Positions 1 to 9,759 of a stretch of DNA of 64,000 bases are shown here, piece by piece. Position 1 is the stretch's first letter, and each line of letters begins with the position of its first letter. The stretch comes from an uncultured delta proteobacterium (lineage in GTDB: Bacteria; Desulfobacterota; RBG-13-43-22). Made by a program: the position numbers and the translations under genes. Location: the NCBI GenBank assembly GCA_963743305.1, contig CAVUPH010000020.1:32001-96000 (forward strand), in the 5' to 3' direction. The notes below the pieces were generated by a model. The model made no database searches. It worked only from the letters and a program-made list of their open reading frames with translations, and was not told the origin of the DNA.

Positions 1-1
1 T

Positions 2-181
2 ATCCAGGCAACCGCTCTGGCCGAATATGCCTTGAGAAACAGCCGTTTGATTAAACAAACGACCTACCGTTTTGATCCCCTCCCGATCCGATATCTAAAG
101 TTAAAACAAATCGGTTCGGATCCGAGGTTCTGGTGGTCTATTTATGAATTGGAAGTGCTGGAGGCTAAAACAGTGGAATGA
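2..181 (+). CDS. 3' end of a protein with a C-terminal discoidin/F5-8 type C-like domain (partial, runs off window start)
   Basis: Frame 2 is open from the window edge and reads ...IRYLKLKQIGSDPRFWWSIYELEVLEAKTVE*; RYxKxxQ...WSIxELEV resembles the end of discoidin/CBM32 domains. Confidence 0.55.
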   Translation: MQATALAEYALRNSRLIKQTTYRFDPLPIRYLKLKQIGSDPRFWWSIYELEVLEAKTVE

Positions 182-315
182 TTAACCGGCTTTTTCGGTT
201 CTAACCCGGCCCCTGGTGTTTTTTAATCTTCCAGGGGGCAAGGTCGACCAGGAAGGAATCCAAGGGCTCTAAGTTTGGGCCTGCTTTAAAACATGTTGGC
301 CTCTTCTATCGTAAA

Positions 316-2475
316 ATGGTAGATAAAACAGGCTTCAGTTATATTCTTTACACGGTGGGTTCAATGGATGAAAAGAACAAGAAAGAATTCTCCGATCCCG
401 GGTTAATAAGTCGGAAGAGAGATTTTCGCTGGTGCTCTAAGATCTTCCGCTGGGGTCCTTTATTGGTAGGTGTTGCCTTCTGGGTTTCAACGCCCGGATA
501 CGCGCAGGATTTGTCCGGGGCAATCACCTCGGCGACGGCGGCGATCCAAACCAAGGCCCACCGTTTTTCGAAACTTCTGGATCAGGCGCAAAATAAAGGG
601 ACAGTCAGGGCTATTGTCCGGCTTAAGAGCAGCTCCGTGGCGGGAGGACGCTTGTCCAGGGAAGAAGAGATTGCGGAGGAGCGGGCGGACATCGCCCGCC
701 GGCAGGACCGGATTTTGAATGACCTGGAGGGACAACTTGTTAGAAACATAAACAAATTCAACTATATCCCCTTTCTGGCCCTGGAACTTGATTACCTGGC
801 CCTGGCCTCACTGGAAAACAATCCCCTGATCGCCGATATCGAAGAGGACAGTTTAAGCCAACCGGCCTTAAATGAAACGATCCCCCTGATCGGAGTCCCT
901 TCGGTGTGGTCGCTGGGGTTCGACGGCCGGGAGTTGACCGTAGCCGTGCTGGACACCGGGGTAGATTTTAGCAATCCCTACTTCTCCGGAAAGCTGGTGG
1001 GCGGGGCCTGCTTTTCCAATTCCTGCAACTCGCCGGCCGGCGTCAATTGTTCTTCCACCGCCCTCTGCGATCACGGGACCTATATTGCCGGCATCGTCGC
1101 GGCCAGCAGCGGCGGTTCCTCAAATAATGGAGTGGCCAAAGGGGCCAACATCTTGCCGGTCCAGATATTTTCCAAAACGGACTACGGAATCGAATCTTAT
1201 AAATCCGACCAGATCGCAGCACTCGACTATGTTTATGGATTAAGGAGATCCTACAATATTGCCGCCGTAAATATCAGCGTTCGCGGTGGGCTTTACCCGA
1301 ACCAGGCCTCCTGTGATGCGGACAATCCCTCTACGAAATTTATGTTTGACCTGCTGAGGTCGATCGATATTGCTCTGGTCGTCCCTTCCGGGAACAATGG
1401 GGACTCCAAACAATTGGCCTATCCCGCCTGTATTTCCTCGGCGATTAGTGTGGGGGGCACTACCAAGGGCGATCAGATAGCCGATTTTTCCAATAGCGCC
1501 GAATACCTCTCCCTCCTGGCCCCCGGGGCGGATGTCTTTTCGACCACGATTGGAGGCGGCTGGGTCCTGGGATACAGCGGGACCTCTCTGGCCGCCCCGC
1601 ATGTTTCCGGAACCTGGGCCATCCTTAAACAGGCGGCCCCCAAGGCGACCGTCGATCAGATCCTGGCGGCCCTACAGGACTCCGGGGTCCCGATTAAGGA
1701 TCCCCGTAACGGTTTGACCAAATCCCGAATCCAGGTGGATAAGGCCCTCAAGGCGCTTGATCATAACGCTCCCCAATCCCAAATGACCGCTCTGCCCACA
1801 GTGTCCACTAGCCCGTTTTCCCTATCCTGGTCGGGGACGGATGACGTGAGCGGCCTTGGCTCTTATGATGTCCAGGTCCGCGAGGGCTATGAAGGGGTCT
1901 GGAGGGATTTTCTTCTGAATACCACCACGACTTCCGCTTCCTTTAGCGGCGGTCATGGACAGACCTATTTTTTTCGGGTCCGGGCCCGGGATCGTATCGG
2001 TAACCAGGGACCCTACGGTAACGAAGAATGGGGACAGACTTTTACCACGGTCCTGACCTCACCGGCCCCGGTCCTGGTCTCCTCATACCAATACGCCTCT
2101 CCTCGGCTTTTTCAAGGGGACCAACCGCTTTTCTATACCATCCGGCTCCAAAACACCGGGAATAAAGACGCCCTGGCTTCGCTGGAAGATACCCCTCCCT
2201 CAACCCAGACCGTTTTTTCTGGAACTCTGGCGGCCACCTCGGGTCTGCCACCGACCTTCGTGGGGGGGAAGATATCCTGGTCGGGTACGGTCCCGGTCTC
2301 GGGAGAAGTGCGGGTAACCTACGCTGTCGCCCCTAAGCCGGGTCTCCCCTGGCTGACCCCACAAATCAACACCGTCCAAATATTCGGAAGCGTCCTGGGA
2401 CCCTTCAGCCGTTCAGCCGAAGTAATTCGGGCCTATGGGTTTTGGCTCCCTTTGATTATGGAGACGCCCCCCTGA
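316..2475 (+). CDS. Secreted subtilisin-like S8 serine peptidase with C-terminal FN3-like and DUF11-like domains
   Basis: Catalytic triad motifs VAVLDTG, DHGTYIAG, SGTSLAAPHVSG; signal-peptide-like segment ending GYAQ; FN3-like YFFRVRARDRIGN; true start may be downstream of 316. Confidence 0.9.
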   Translation: MVDKTGFSYILYTVGSMDEKNKKEFSDPGLISRKRDFRWCSKIFRWGPLLVGVAFWVSTPGYAQDLSGAITSATAAIQTKAHRFSKLLDQAQNKGTVRAIVRLKSSSVAGGRLSREEEIAEERADIARRQDRILNDLEGQLVRNINKFNYIPFLALELDYLALASLENNPLIADIEEDSLSQPALNETIPLIGVPSVWSLGFDGRELTVAVLDTGVDFSNPYFSGKLVGGACFSNSCNSPAGVNCSSTALCDHGTYIAGIVAASSGGSSNNGVAKGANILPVQIFSKTDYGIESYKSDQIAALDYVYGLRRSYNIAAVNISVRGGLYPNQASCDADNPSTKFMFDLLRSIDIALVVPSGNNGDSKQLAYPACISSAISVGGTTKGDQIADFSNSAEYLSLLAPGADVFSTTIGGGWVLGYSGTSLAAPHVSGTWAILKQAAPKATVDQILAALQDSGVPIKDPRNGLTKSRIQVDKALKALDHNAPQSQMTALPTVSTSPFSLSWSGTDDVSGLGSYDVQVREGYEGVWRDFLLNTTTTSASFSGGHGQTYFFRVRARDRIGNQGPYGNEEWGQTFTTVLTSPAPVLVSSYQYASPRLFQGDQPLFYTIRLQNTGNKDALASLEDTPPSTQTVFSGTLAATSGLPPTFVGGKISWSGTVPVSGEVRVTYAVAPKPGLPWLTPQINTVQIFGSVLGPFSRSAEVIRAYGFWLPLIMETPP

Positions 2476-2809
2476 TCACTGCCAGGCTATCCTGATGATT
2501 TTCCCGACATCAGGACCTCCAGACACTGATCTACCGACGTTTTCAGCCCCAGGGATCCGGAGTTTATTACAACAGTGGCTATTTTCCCTGCGTCTTTATG
2601 ATCGGCAAGGCGAAGGCCTTTCCCAAGGCAATGAAAAACAACTACTCGAACGCGGTGATCGATTCTCTTTACAAATTAGTACGGGCTTGACGAAAGGGAG
2701 GGCTTTTGGTAGGAAAGAACTCAATAATCAGTACGAACTTAGCCCGGGCCAGGCCGTGGCCCAACTCTGGAATTAAACGGCACTGACGGAACAAACGGAG
2801 ATAAACCCG

Positions 2810-3493
2810 ATGCCTTCCGAGTGGGATCAACATTTCAGTTCAACAAAAATCGATCACGGCATTATGGAGATCTGGGCCGGCTATTTCGTGGACTCCTACC
2901 AGAAATATTTCGGTTTTTCAAAACGCGATATAGTGCTGGATTTTGGGGCCGGGTTGGGGGATGTTTCCCAATTGATCAAGGATAAGGTCGAAAGGATTTA
3001 TTTGTATGATAAGTCGGAATTTTTCTTAGAACAATTGAGGAATAGGTTTGGCGTCTTTCCCCACCTCCAGGTAGTTCACTCGCTAGAGAACATAAAGGAA
3101 CCGGTTTCTTTAATTATTATCAACGGCGTCATCCACTACATGAAGGAAGACGAAGTTAAGAACATGTTGGGGGAGCTGAAAAGACTCTGTGACTCAAAAA
3201 CCCGAATCATTATTTCCGACATTGTCCCCCCCGGTTATTCGAAAGCGATTGACGCCATTTCCCAATTGCTGACCGGCATGAGGAAAAAATTTTTCAGGAA
3301 ACTGCTCTCCTTCATCATTACCAATATCCGGGACGATCCGAAGCTGAGCTTGAAAACGTCTTCCCTTTATCTCTATGACGAGAAGCAATTGCGACAAACC
3401 CTTTCAGGGCTGGGGTATGCCGCCCGCAAGCTGGAGAATAATTTTTCCTACTCCAAGTACCGGTATACGCTCCATTGTACCCTGAACGGTTAA
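2810..3493 (+). CDS. Class I SAM-dependent methyltransferase
   Basis: VLDFGAGLG motif I, GVIHYM, IIISD; GGAG RBS upstream. Confidence 0.85.
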   Translation: MPSEWDQHFSSTKIDHGIMEIWAGYFVDSYQKYFGFSKRDIVLDFGAGLGDVSQLIKDKVERIYLYDKSEFFLEQLRNRFGVFPHLQVVHSLENIKEPVSLIIINGVIHYMKEDEVKNMLGELKRLCDSKTRIIISDIVPPGYSKAIDAISQLLTGMRKKFFRKLLSFIITNIRDDPKLSLKTSSLYLYDEKQLRQTLSGLGYAARKLENNFSYSKYRYTLHCTLNG

Positions 3494-3508
3494 GACGACC
3501 GCCGGAGG

Positions 3509-6187
3509 TTATCGAGGTCTTTCTGAACTCCCCTCAGATGGCCCGCCTTTTTTCCGCCGGAACGTCCAGAAGAGAAACCCCAAGAGCCAGAGCGGTGCGA
3601 TAAACAACCCGGCCACCAGCCAGGGGGCGCCAAAGGCAAAGCGGACCTGATGGGATCCCGGCCCAATCGGCAGGGCGGTCAGAAATCCATAGGCCTTGAG
3701 GATCGAGGTCTTTCGACCGTCCACCCAGGCGGTCCATCCGGGATAAGCCGCCTGGGTCATGACCAGATATCCGGGGCGTCGGGCGTTCACCTGAAGGTCT
3801 ACGTTTTCGTCTCCCCAGTGGAGGATTTTGACCTCCCCCCCCGGATCAGTCGTCATTGTGGCCGGGGTCTGGTACCCCGGAGGGGTCTCTCGAAAGAGCA
3901 CGCAACGGGTGGGGTCTTCAGAAGAGAGGGCCTGCAGGTAGGCCGTCTGGTCCTTAAAGACCGCCGCCCGGGAGACGAAAAAGGCCAGGGACTGGGGATG
4001 CTCGTTGCGGACCAGCCAACTGCGGACCGGTGTGGTCTCCAGGGTGTCGGAAACCGGACTTCCGTTGACCGAGACCTTTTCGATCCTGACCTTTCCCTCG
4101 GGCTGGGTGGAGGCCATCAGGATTTCTGAAGCGGATACGGGTCCGGCCAGGGGGATTTCCAAAGAGGCCCCTTTGGAAAGTTGTTCGAGCGTTATCGGCC
4201 AACTACCCATCAGCTGCGAGTCCTCCGCCAGTCCGATCTCCGCCACGACCAGTCCCGCGCTTTTGCCCTCGAGGCCATCAACCCGGGCTTCCAGGTTCAG
4301 TTGCGAGACCTTTTCTCCCGGGTTCAGGCGGATGGCGGCCTGGGAGAAACCGAGCAGGTCCCATCGCGACCGCCGGGCGGAAATTTCCGGGCGTCCTTTT
4401 TCTAAGTATTTCACCCCCAAGAGGCTGATCGCCCTGGGCATCTCGATCAATCTCTCCCCCCAGGCCAATTGCCAGAATCCCAGAGGATGAAGGCGTTCCG
4501 GGTAGCCGTCGATGGGGTAAAAGGATCTCACCCGATACCGGTAAAAGGCGGACTGGGAGATGTTCCGTTCCCAGGGAGTTCGAACCCCTTCAATGCCGAT
4601 CAGAATGCGGGCAGGCCCTTCCGCAGAAAGATGGCCCAAATCCCGCGCGATGCCGTCCATGGCAACGGTAACCTCGCTGGGATCCGGTCCATAGGCATTT
4701 TCACTTTTGACTATATTGAAATTGAGCCCCGCCGAAGGATAGTAAAAGACCAAATCCAGAACCACAATGGCTACGATTAAAAACTGAAGCCGGAGGCCCG
4801 TCACCCCCTCCCGGACCCTCCGAAAAACAAACCAGGTAGCAGCCAGAAATAGGATGACGCCGGTCATGGACTGAAGGATCAGGGGGATCTTCTCGCGGCC
4901 GGTAAGGACATCGAGGTGGCTGACGGCGACCAGGGAGATCATCAGCAGGAAAAGGCCCCCAATGATAATTGCCAGCCCCCGGCTGAATCCGGAGAACTCC
5001 TCGGGCTGTTTGACCGAGAGTAGTCGGGCAACCCCAAACCCGGCTAGGACCAGCAATCCCAAGGAAACTACAAAGACATAACGGCTGGGAAGGCGGAAAT
5101 ACTTGAAACCGGGCAGCACATAGACCAGGATCTTGTGGATCCCCAGGTTGCCTCCCATCATCAAAATCAAAAAGGCGATAACCAGCACCTTCCAAAAACC
5201 GGCCTCGGAACGGGGCTGGAACCCCAGGGCCGCCACCCAGGCCAGAACCAGGGGCATGATGCCTACGTAAAAAAAAGTTTCCCCGTGACCGCCCTCTAAT
5301 TGCGGAAAAAGGAAAGTATAGAGCATGCTGAAGTCGGCCGAACCGCTTTGACTGTGAATTAAAAGGCTGCGGGTGTGGCCGGCTATCACCTCAGCGGGAC
5401 CCCAAATGAGGGTGACCAGTTGCTGGGCTAACTGGGGGGCGCTGGTTAATACAAAAGAAAGGGACAGCGGCAGGTAAATACGGAAGGCCGTGGCCCAGGC
5501 CGCCCGGACCCCCGATTCTTCCGTGTCCATAACCAGCCCATAGAGGGCATAGAGCAGGACCGCCACTCCGATATAATAAAAAATTTGAGGATGGCCGCCC
5601 ATAAAACAAAAGCCCATGAAAACCCCGGCCCATAACCCTTCTCGTTTCAATCCTCGCCGGCGGGCACGTTGCAGAAATAGAAAGACGAAGGGTGCCCAGA
5701 CAAAGGTATGAACCATCATCGGCTCTACGCTTTTGATCACCACCACGCCGCAGCAGCCCATGATTACCCCCATGACCACGGCGGCGGTTCGGCCCAGGTT
5801 CAGCGATAACCCTAATAGGTAGGCCCCCAGCGCCCCCAGGGAACAATGGATGGTGAGCATCCATTGAGCCGGATTACTCCGCAGGTAGCCATCCTGCAAC
5901 AGAAAGGTATAGACCAAAGAAAGAGGGTTAAAAAGGTCGAAAAAATAAGTAGGGAAGGGTATTCCGGTGGCCTGAACGGCATCCCAGAGGACCAGTTTTC
6001 CCTGGCGTAACTGGTGATAGAAGTAGCCCCGGGCTCCGATGAGTTCGGTGAAGTCCCGCCCGTAAAACAAACCATTCAGGTAGAGCAATCGCTGCAGGAA
6101 AGGCAGGAGCACGACCAGGGCTCCTCCGAGAAAAGTTCTGCCTAGTAATTCGGAAAGTCGGTTTTTCGCTTGGGTAATGATTTTCAT
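3509..6187 (-). CDS. YfhO-family polytopic membrane protein (GT-C-type glycosyltransferase)
   Basis: Many TM segments; LWD..G.P, GGHPQ, FYVG, FRLPSRY and the C-terminal YPGWTAWVDG...PGSHQVRF typical of YfhO. Confidence 0.8.
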   Translation of the reverse strand: MKIITQAKNRLSELLGRTFLGGALVVLLPFLQRLLYLNGLFYGRDFTELIGARGYFYHQLRQGKLVLWDAVQATGIPFPTYFFDLFNPLSLVYTFLLQDGYLRSNPAQWMLTIHCSLGALGAYLLGLSLNLGRTAAVVMGVIMGCCGVVVIKSVEPMMVHTFVWAPFVFLFLQRARRRGLKREGLWAGVFMGFCFMGGHPQIFYYIGVAVLLYALYGLVMDTEESGVRAAWATAFRIYLPLSLSFVLTSAPQLAQQLVTLIWGPAEVIAGHTRSLLIHSQSGSADFSMLYTFLFPQLEGGHGETFFYVGIMPLVLAWVAALGFQPRSEAGFWKVLVIAFLILMMGGNLGIHKILVYVLPGFKYFRLPSRYVFVVSLGLLVLAGFGVARLLSVKQPEEFSGFSRGLAIIIGGLFLLMISLVAVSHLDVLTGREKIPLILQSMTGVILFLAATWFVFRRVREGVTGLRLQFLIVAIVVLDLVFYYPSAGLNFNIVKSENAYGPDPSEVTVAMDGIARDLGHLSAEGPARILIGIEGVRTPWERNISQSAFYRYRVRSFYPIDGYPERLHPLGFWQLAWGERLIEMPRAISLLGVKYLEKGRPEISARRSRWDLLGFSQAAIRLNPGEKVSQLNLEARVDGLEGKSAGLVVAEIGLAEDSQLMGSWPITLEQLSKGASLEIPLAGPVSASEILMASTQPEGKVRIEKVSVNGSPVSDTLETTPVRSWLVRNEHPQSLAFFVSRAAVFKDQTAYLQALSSEDPTRCVLFRETPPGYQTPATMTTDPGGEVKILHWGDENVDLQVNARRPGYLVMTQAAYPGWTAWVDGRKTSILKAYGFLTALPIGPGSHQVRFAFGAPWLVAGLFIAPLWLLGFLFWTFRRKKGGPSEGSSERPR

Positions 6188-6246
6188 GTCGCCTTCTTCC
6201 GTTTTTATGAAGGGCTATTGCGGATGGACTTTTTGCGGGGTCGTCT

Positions 6247-6984
6247 TCATTGATAGCCGCCCTTATGGTCCTGCGAACGAATGGTAAAAAGGTCCCTTAG
6301 GCTGGCCAGAGACTGCCTTAAAAAGGAAACAGTGGTAGGTTCCGAGAAATAGCGGAAGATGACCGGAACCTCTCGAACCGTCAATCCGAATTTTTCGGCG
6401 ATATAAATCAGTTCCACATCAAAAGTAAAGCCTTCCAGCGTCTGCCGCGGGAAAATGATCTCTTTGGCCTTTCGGCTGAACCCTTTCAGCCCGGCCTGGG
6501 TGTCAAAAATGGAAAGGCCCAGCATCTTTCTGACCAGTCCATTAAAGAGGCGGCTGCCAATATGGCGGGTGTAGATATAACCGAAAAATTCGGGGCTCAT
6601 AATGAAACGGGAGCCCGGCGCCACCCGGGTGGCGATGGCTAGGTCCGCCCCTTCTTTTAGGGTCTGGACGATCTTGCCAATCTCCGGGGGCTGGTAAGCC
6701 AGATCGGCGTCGGTAAAAACCGACAAATCTCCTTGGGCCTGGTTCATCCCAACCCGTACGGAGTACCCTTTGCCTCGATTGGTCCCGTTCCGGAGCAGAA
6801 GGACCCGGGGGTGGTTCCCGCCAAGTTCCTCCAAAATCGATGCCGTATGATCCTGGCTGCCGTCATCTACAAAAATGAGCTCGTACTCTTCCCCCAGCCC
6901 CTCCAGATAATCCACTAATTCCTGGAAGGATTCCGATATAAAGACGGCGCTATTGTAAACGGGAACGATGATCGAAAGCTTCAT
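6247..6984 (-). CDS. GT2 polyprenyl-phosphate glycosyltransferase (DPM1/DPG-synthase-like)
   Basis: LSIIVPVYN, VDDGSQD, NRGKG, FTDADL, DTQAGLKGF, FTFDVEL. Confidence 0.9.
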   Translation of the reverse strand: MKLSIIVPVYNSAVFISESFQELVDYLEGLGEEYELIFVDDGSQDHTASILEELGGNHPRVLLLRNGTNRGKGYSVRVGMNQAQGDLSVFTDADLAYQPPEIGKIVQTLKEGADLAIATRVAPGSRFIMSPEFFGYIYTRHIGSRLFNGLVRKMLGLSIFDTQAGLKGFSRKAKEIIFPRQTLEGFTFDVELIYIAEKFGLTVREVPVIFRYFSEPTTVSFLRQSLASLRDLFTIRSQDHKGGYQ

Positions 6985-7832
6985 ACCGTCGCTTCAACGG
7001 ACCCGGAGACCGGCCGGTCCAAGACAATTTCCAAATCCTTGAGGAGTCGTTTGACTCCGGGATCGCAGAGCCCTTTCAATTCGATCGCCCTTTCCCAGAC
7101 AAAGGTGTCCTCTTTTTCCAGGAGGGTATCCGGTTTTCCGGGGTGAACCATGAATTCTGTAGTCCCCTGGGGTAACCCGCGGATGGTCCTGGTGAGCCGG
7201 GCAGCGTAATCCCGCCGACCCTGGATGGACAGCCCCCGGAAGGCGTCACTCGTGGGAAGCGGCCAGGGCCTGAGAGTCAGGAGGCGAAAGATGACGCGTT
7301 TGACCAGTGCGGGATGGGAAAGGCTCCCTTGCCAAATGGCCTCAGCCGGCCTTCTCAGCCAGGGTATGTAGTATTTGTGAGCACATCGGGCTGCCAGCGG
7401 CAAGAGCCCCGGCAGGAGATGCAGGTGATGGTGGCTATCCAGATGGGTGGGGCTGATCCCGGAATGGGAAACCCTTTGAATTTGGGCCTCCCATTCCCTG
7501 GCCACCTCCCCCCGGTCCAGTCGGCCCATCAGGAATCTTTTTAGGATCTCGCCCAAGGATGCCAATTTCCCATCCGCTCCCACCAGGCTGGGGATGCTGG
7601 AGGGAGATGAAAGGGGGGGGCCCCAGGTTAAGGTTAAATGGACGCCCACTCCCAGACCGGGTCTCTGGCGAGATAGGGCCACGGCCCGGTCGAAGTCCAA
7701 TCCCCCGGCCATGATAGAGGTGTGGGTCACGATCCCTTTTTCATGCGCTTCGAGGATCCCGTCGGTAACTCCCGGGGTAAACCCAAAATCATCGGCGGTT
7801 ACCCGAAGCCTGCGTTTGGAAGTGAAACCCAC
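6981..7832 (-). CDS. YdjC/ChbG/HpnK family carbohydrate deacetylase
   Basis: TADDFG, GVHLTL, HLDSHHHLH, EFMVHPG; 4-nt overlap with the GT2 gene. Confidence 0.9.
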   Translation of the reverse strand: MGFTSKRRLRVTADDFGFTPGVTDGILEAHEKGIVTHTSIMAGGLDFDRAVALSRQRPGLGVGVHLTLTWGPPLSSPSSIPSLVGADGKLASLGEILKRFLMGRLDRGEVAREWEAQIQRVSHSGISPTHLDSHHHLHLLPGLLPLAARCAHKYYIPWLRRPAEAIWQGSLSHPALVKRVIFRLLTLRPWPLPTSDAFRGLSIQGRRDYAARLTRTIRGLPQGTTEFMVHPGKPDTLLEKEDTFVWERAIELKGLCDPGVKRLLKDLEIVLDRPVSGSVEATV

Positions 7833-7970
7833 TTTATTCCTTGCCGGTAATGATCTCGCTTGACATTTTTAATTTTTCAACTTAACTCATAAAGTCGGCT
7901 GGAGGCAAGGAAAAGATGAGCAGGAGATGGAGGAGGCCCATTGAGTCGAACCCGGGAAATCATTTTTTTA

Positions 7971-7999
7971 TTGACAGGAGAGCTCATTTGCCATTTAAT
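7971..7999 (+). promoter_or_regulatory. Sigma70-type promoter upstream of structured leader and GAF gene
   Basis: TTGACA-N17-TTTAAT. Confidence 0.6.
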
Positions 8000-8065
8000 T
8001 AAAAAAAGTAGTAAAGGTGTTCTGTTTGGCAACCCTTATCAGGGAGGTTTAAGGCAGAGAGATCG

Positions 8066-8104
8066 ACCCCATTTCCATTAGCGAGATGGGGTTTTCCTAT
8101 TTTG
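8066..8104 (+). terminator. Intrinsic terminator-like hairpin in the leader of the GAF gene
   Basis: ACCCCATTTC/GAGATGGGGT 10-bp stem followed by TTTCCTATTTT. Confidence 0.55.
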
Positions 8105-8228
8105 GGGCCTCCTTCTTCCAGGAGGGTCTCGGGGAACGAATATTTTTGTGGGATCAAAAGGATGGTGAATAATCAATCAACCCTTAGCCCAGCGGCTTAT
8201 TTGAATCCTGAGCCGGAAAGGAGAAGCC

Positions 8229-8849
8229 ATGAAAAAACAACTTCTAAACTATGAAACGATGCTCAAGGTTTCCAAGGCCATCTCCCATTCCAAGGACCCG
8301 GAAGAAGTAATCCTGATGACGGTGGAGAGTATTAAAACCGCCTTGCAGGCCAAAGGGTGTACCTTGTTCCTGATGAATCGCCAGACCAATGACCTGGAGG
8401 TGGCCGCCTCGTTTGGACTGAGTGAAGAGTATCTGAACAAAGGGCCGGTCAGCGCCTTTCGTTCCATATCCCAGACTTTGGCGGATGGGCCGGTGGCTGT
8501 TTACGATGTCACGGACGATCCCCGGATCCAATATCCGGACGAAGCCCGTCAGGAGGGGATTTCGTCCATCCTTTCCGTACCGGTCTTGGCCGGCGGTCAT
8601 ATCATCGGGGCTTTGCGGGTTTATACGGCCGAGCCCTGGGAATTCGCCATGGACGATATAAATTTCGTTCAGGCCATGGCCGCCATGGCCGGGATGGCCA
8701 TCGATATGGCCAGGCTCTACAAGGGGATGAAGGACAGCATCGAAATATTAAAGACGATGAGGGATCCCAAGACCCTAAAATCCAGAAAAAGGACCCCCCA
8801 CGAAGGGGTCCCGGTCAGTGTTCCGACACCGCTGAGTGCGCCGGCCTAA
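8229..8849 (+). CDS. Stand-alone GAF domain protein
   Basis: LEVAASFGLSEEY..KGP, D.RIQYP.EA..EGI.SILSVP, IGALRVYT, AGMAIDMARLY; AAGGAG RBS. Confidence 0.85.
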   Translation: MKKQLLNYETMLKVSKAISHSKDPEEVILMTVESIKTALQAKGCTLFLMNRQTNDLEVAASFGLSEEYLNKGPVSAFRSISQTLADGPVAVYDVTDDPRIQYPDEARQEGISSILSVPVLAGGHIIGALRVYTAEPWEFAMDDINFVQAMAAMAGMAIDMARLYKGMKDSIEILKTMRDPKTLKSRKRTPHEGVPVSVPTPLSAPA

Positions 8850-8883
8850 GGCGAGCCGATTCAATAGGCAGCAACCAGGATGA

Positions 8884-9681
8884 ATGGAAGAAGCCATCGT
8901 GGATGCGGGGGGATCTGATCAAAGAATTCGGCCGAACAGGATCATTTGAAGATCTTCGTCAGCAATATGTCCGGATCATCGCTGCCCACCAGGTTCCTTA
9001 CGCCGAGAACATTAAAGCCTTATCCGATTGGCTGATTTATGTGTATTATGGCCGGCTGATTGCGGAATTTTTGCCCGATAAAAATGCCCGGATCATTGAT
9101 TGGGGAGGGCTGTATGGTCAGGTCACCAAAATCTTATTCGGTCTTGAGTTACCGAAACGTTTTCAACTATCTCCTGCACGACACCAGGCACTATCCTCTT
9201 TTTCGGGAGGCCTTCAACCTGCCGACACTATGGGGCCAGGACCCCAATCGTCTGGAATTGGAGGACGGGTCCATCGAGGGTTTTATTTCCTCCGGGGTTC
9301 TCGAACATGTCCGGGAGGACGGGATCGGGGACGAGCGGATGATCCTGCGAGAGATTCACCGGGTATTAAAAGCAGGGGGCTTGTTGTTTATCTGGAACCT
9401 TCCGGCCCGCTGGGGGACTTCGGAATTATTGGCCAGGGTGTTCAATAAGTGGCACCATGCGTATTGTTTCCGGCAGAAGGAGATCCGGGACCCTGTTGAG
9501 CGGCGCCGGTTTTCAAATTTTATATTGGGATAAACACAAATTCCTGCCCGGATCGGTTATGGAGTGGCTGGGGAAGAGGATCGATCCGGTCCGATTGCTC
9601 GAGGGAGACGACCACCTCTCCCACTGGTTTCCATTCAACCTACTGGCCCGGGATTATGCCATCATCGCGAAAAAAGGATGA
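8884..9681 (+). CDS. Methyltransferase type 11, split by apparent single-base insertions (~8910, ~9148, ~9490)
   Basis: ORF pieces 8903-, 9060- and 9457- join into one protein: IIDWGGLYG ... SSGVLEHV ... EIHRVLKAGGLL ... LSGAGFQILYW; start uncertain. Confidence 0.7.
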
Positions 9682-9759
9682 ACAGCGAACAGCGAACGTC
9701 CAACATCGAATGAAAACAAACATTCAATTAATAGTCGATGTTGGACATTCGCTGTTCAT
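9678..9759. repeat. Heptamer-based (aCRTCGA/aCAGCGA-like) inverted repeat between convergent genes
   Basis: atgaacagcgaacagcgaacgtccaacatcga ... tcgatgttggacattcgctgttcat. Confidence 0.7.

Noticed and set aside
2495-2776. 93-aa ORF after the S8 protease
   Set aside because: No RBS or recognisable motif; probably intergenic or promoter DNA for the methyltransferase.
8010-8065. SAM-I, fluoride or PyrR element in the GAF leader (fragments AAGGTG, GGCAACC, TTATCAGGGAG)
   Set aside because: The motif fragments are in the wrong order or lack the required pairing; kept only as an unclassified leader.
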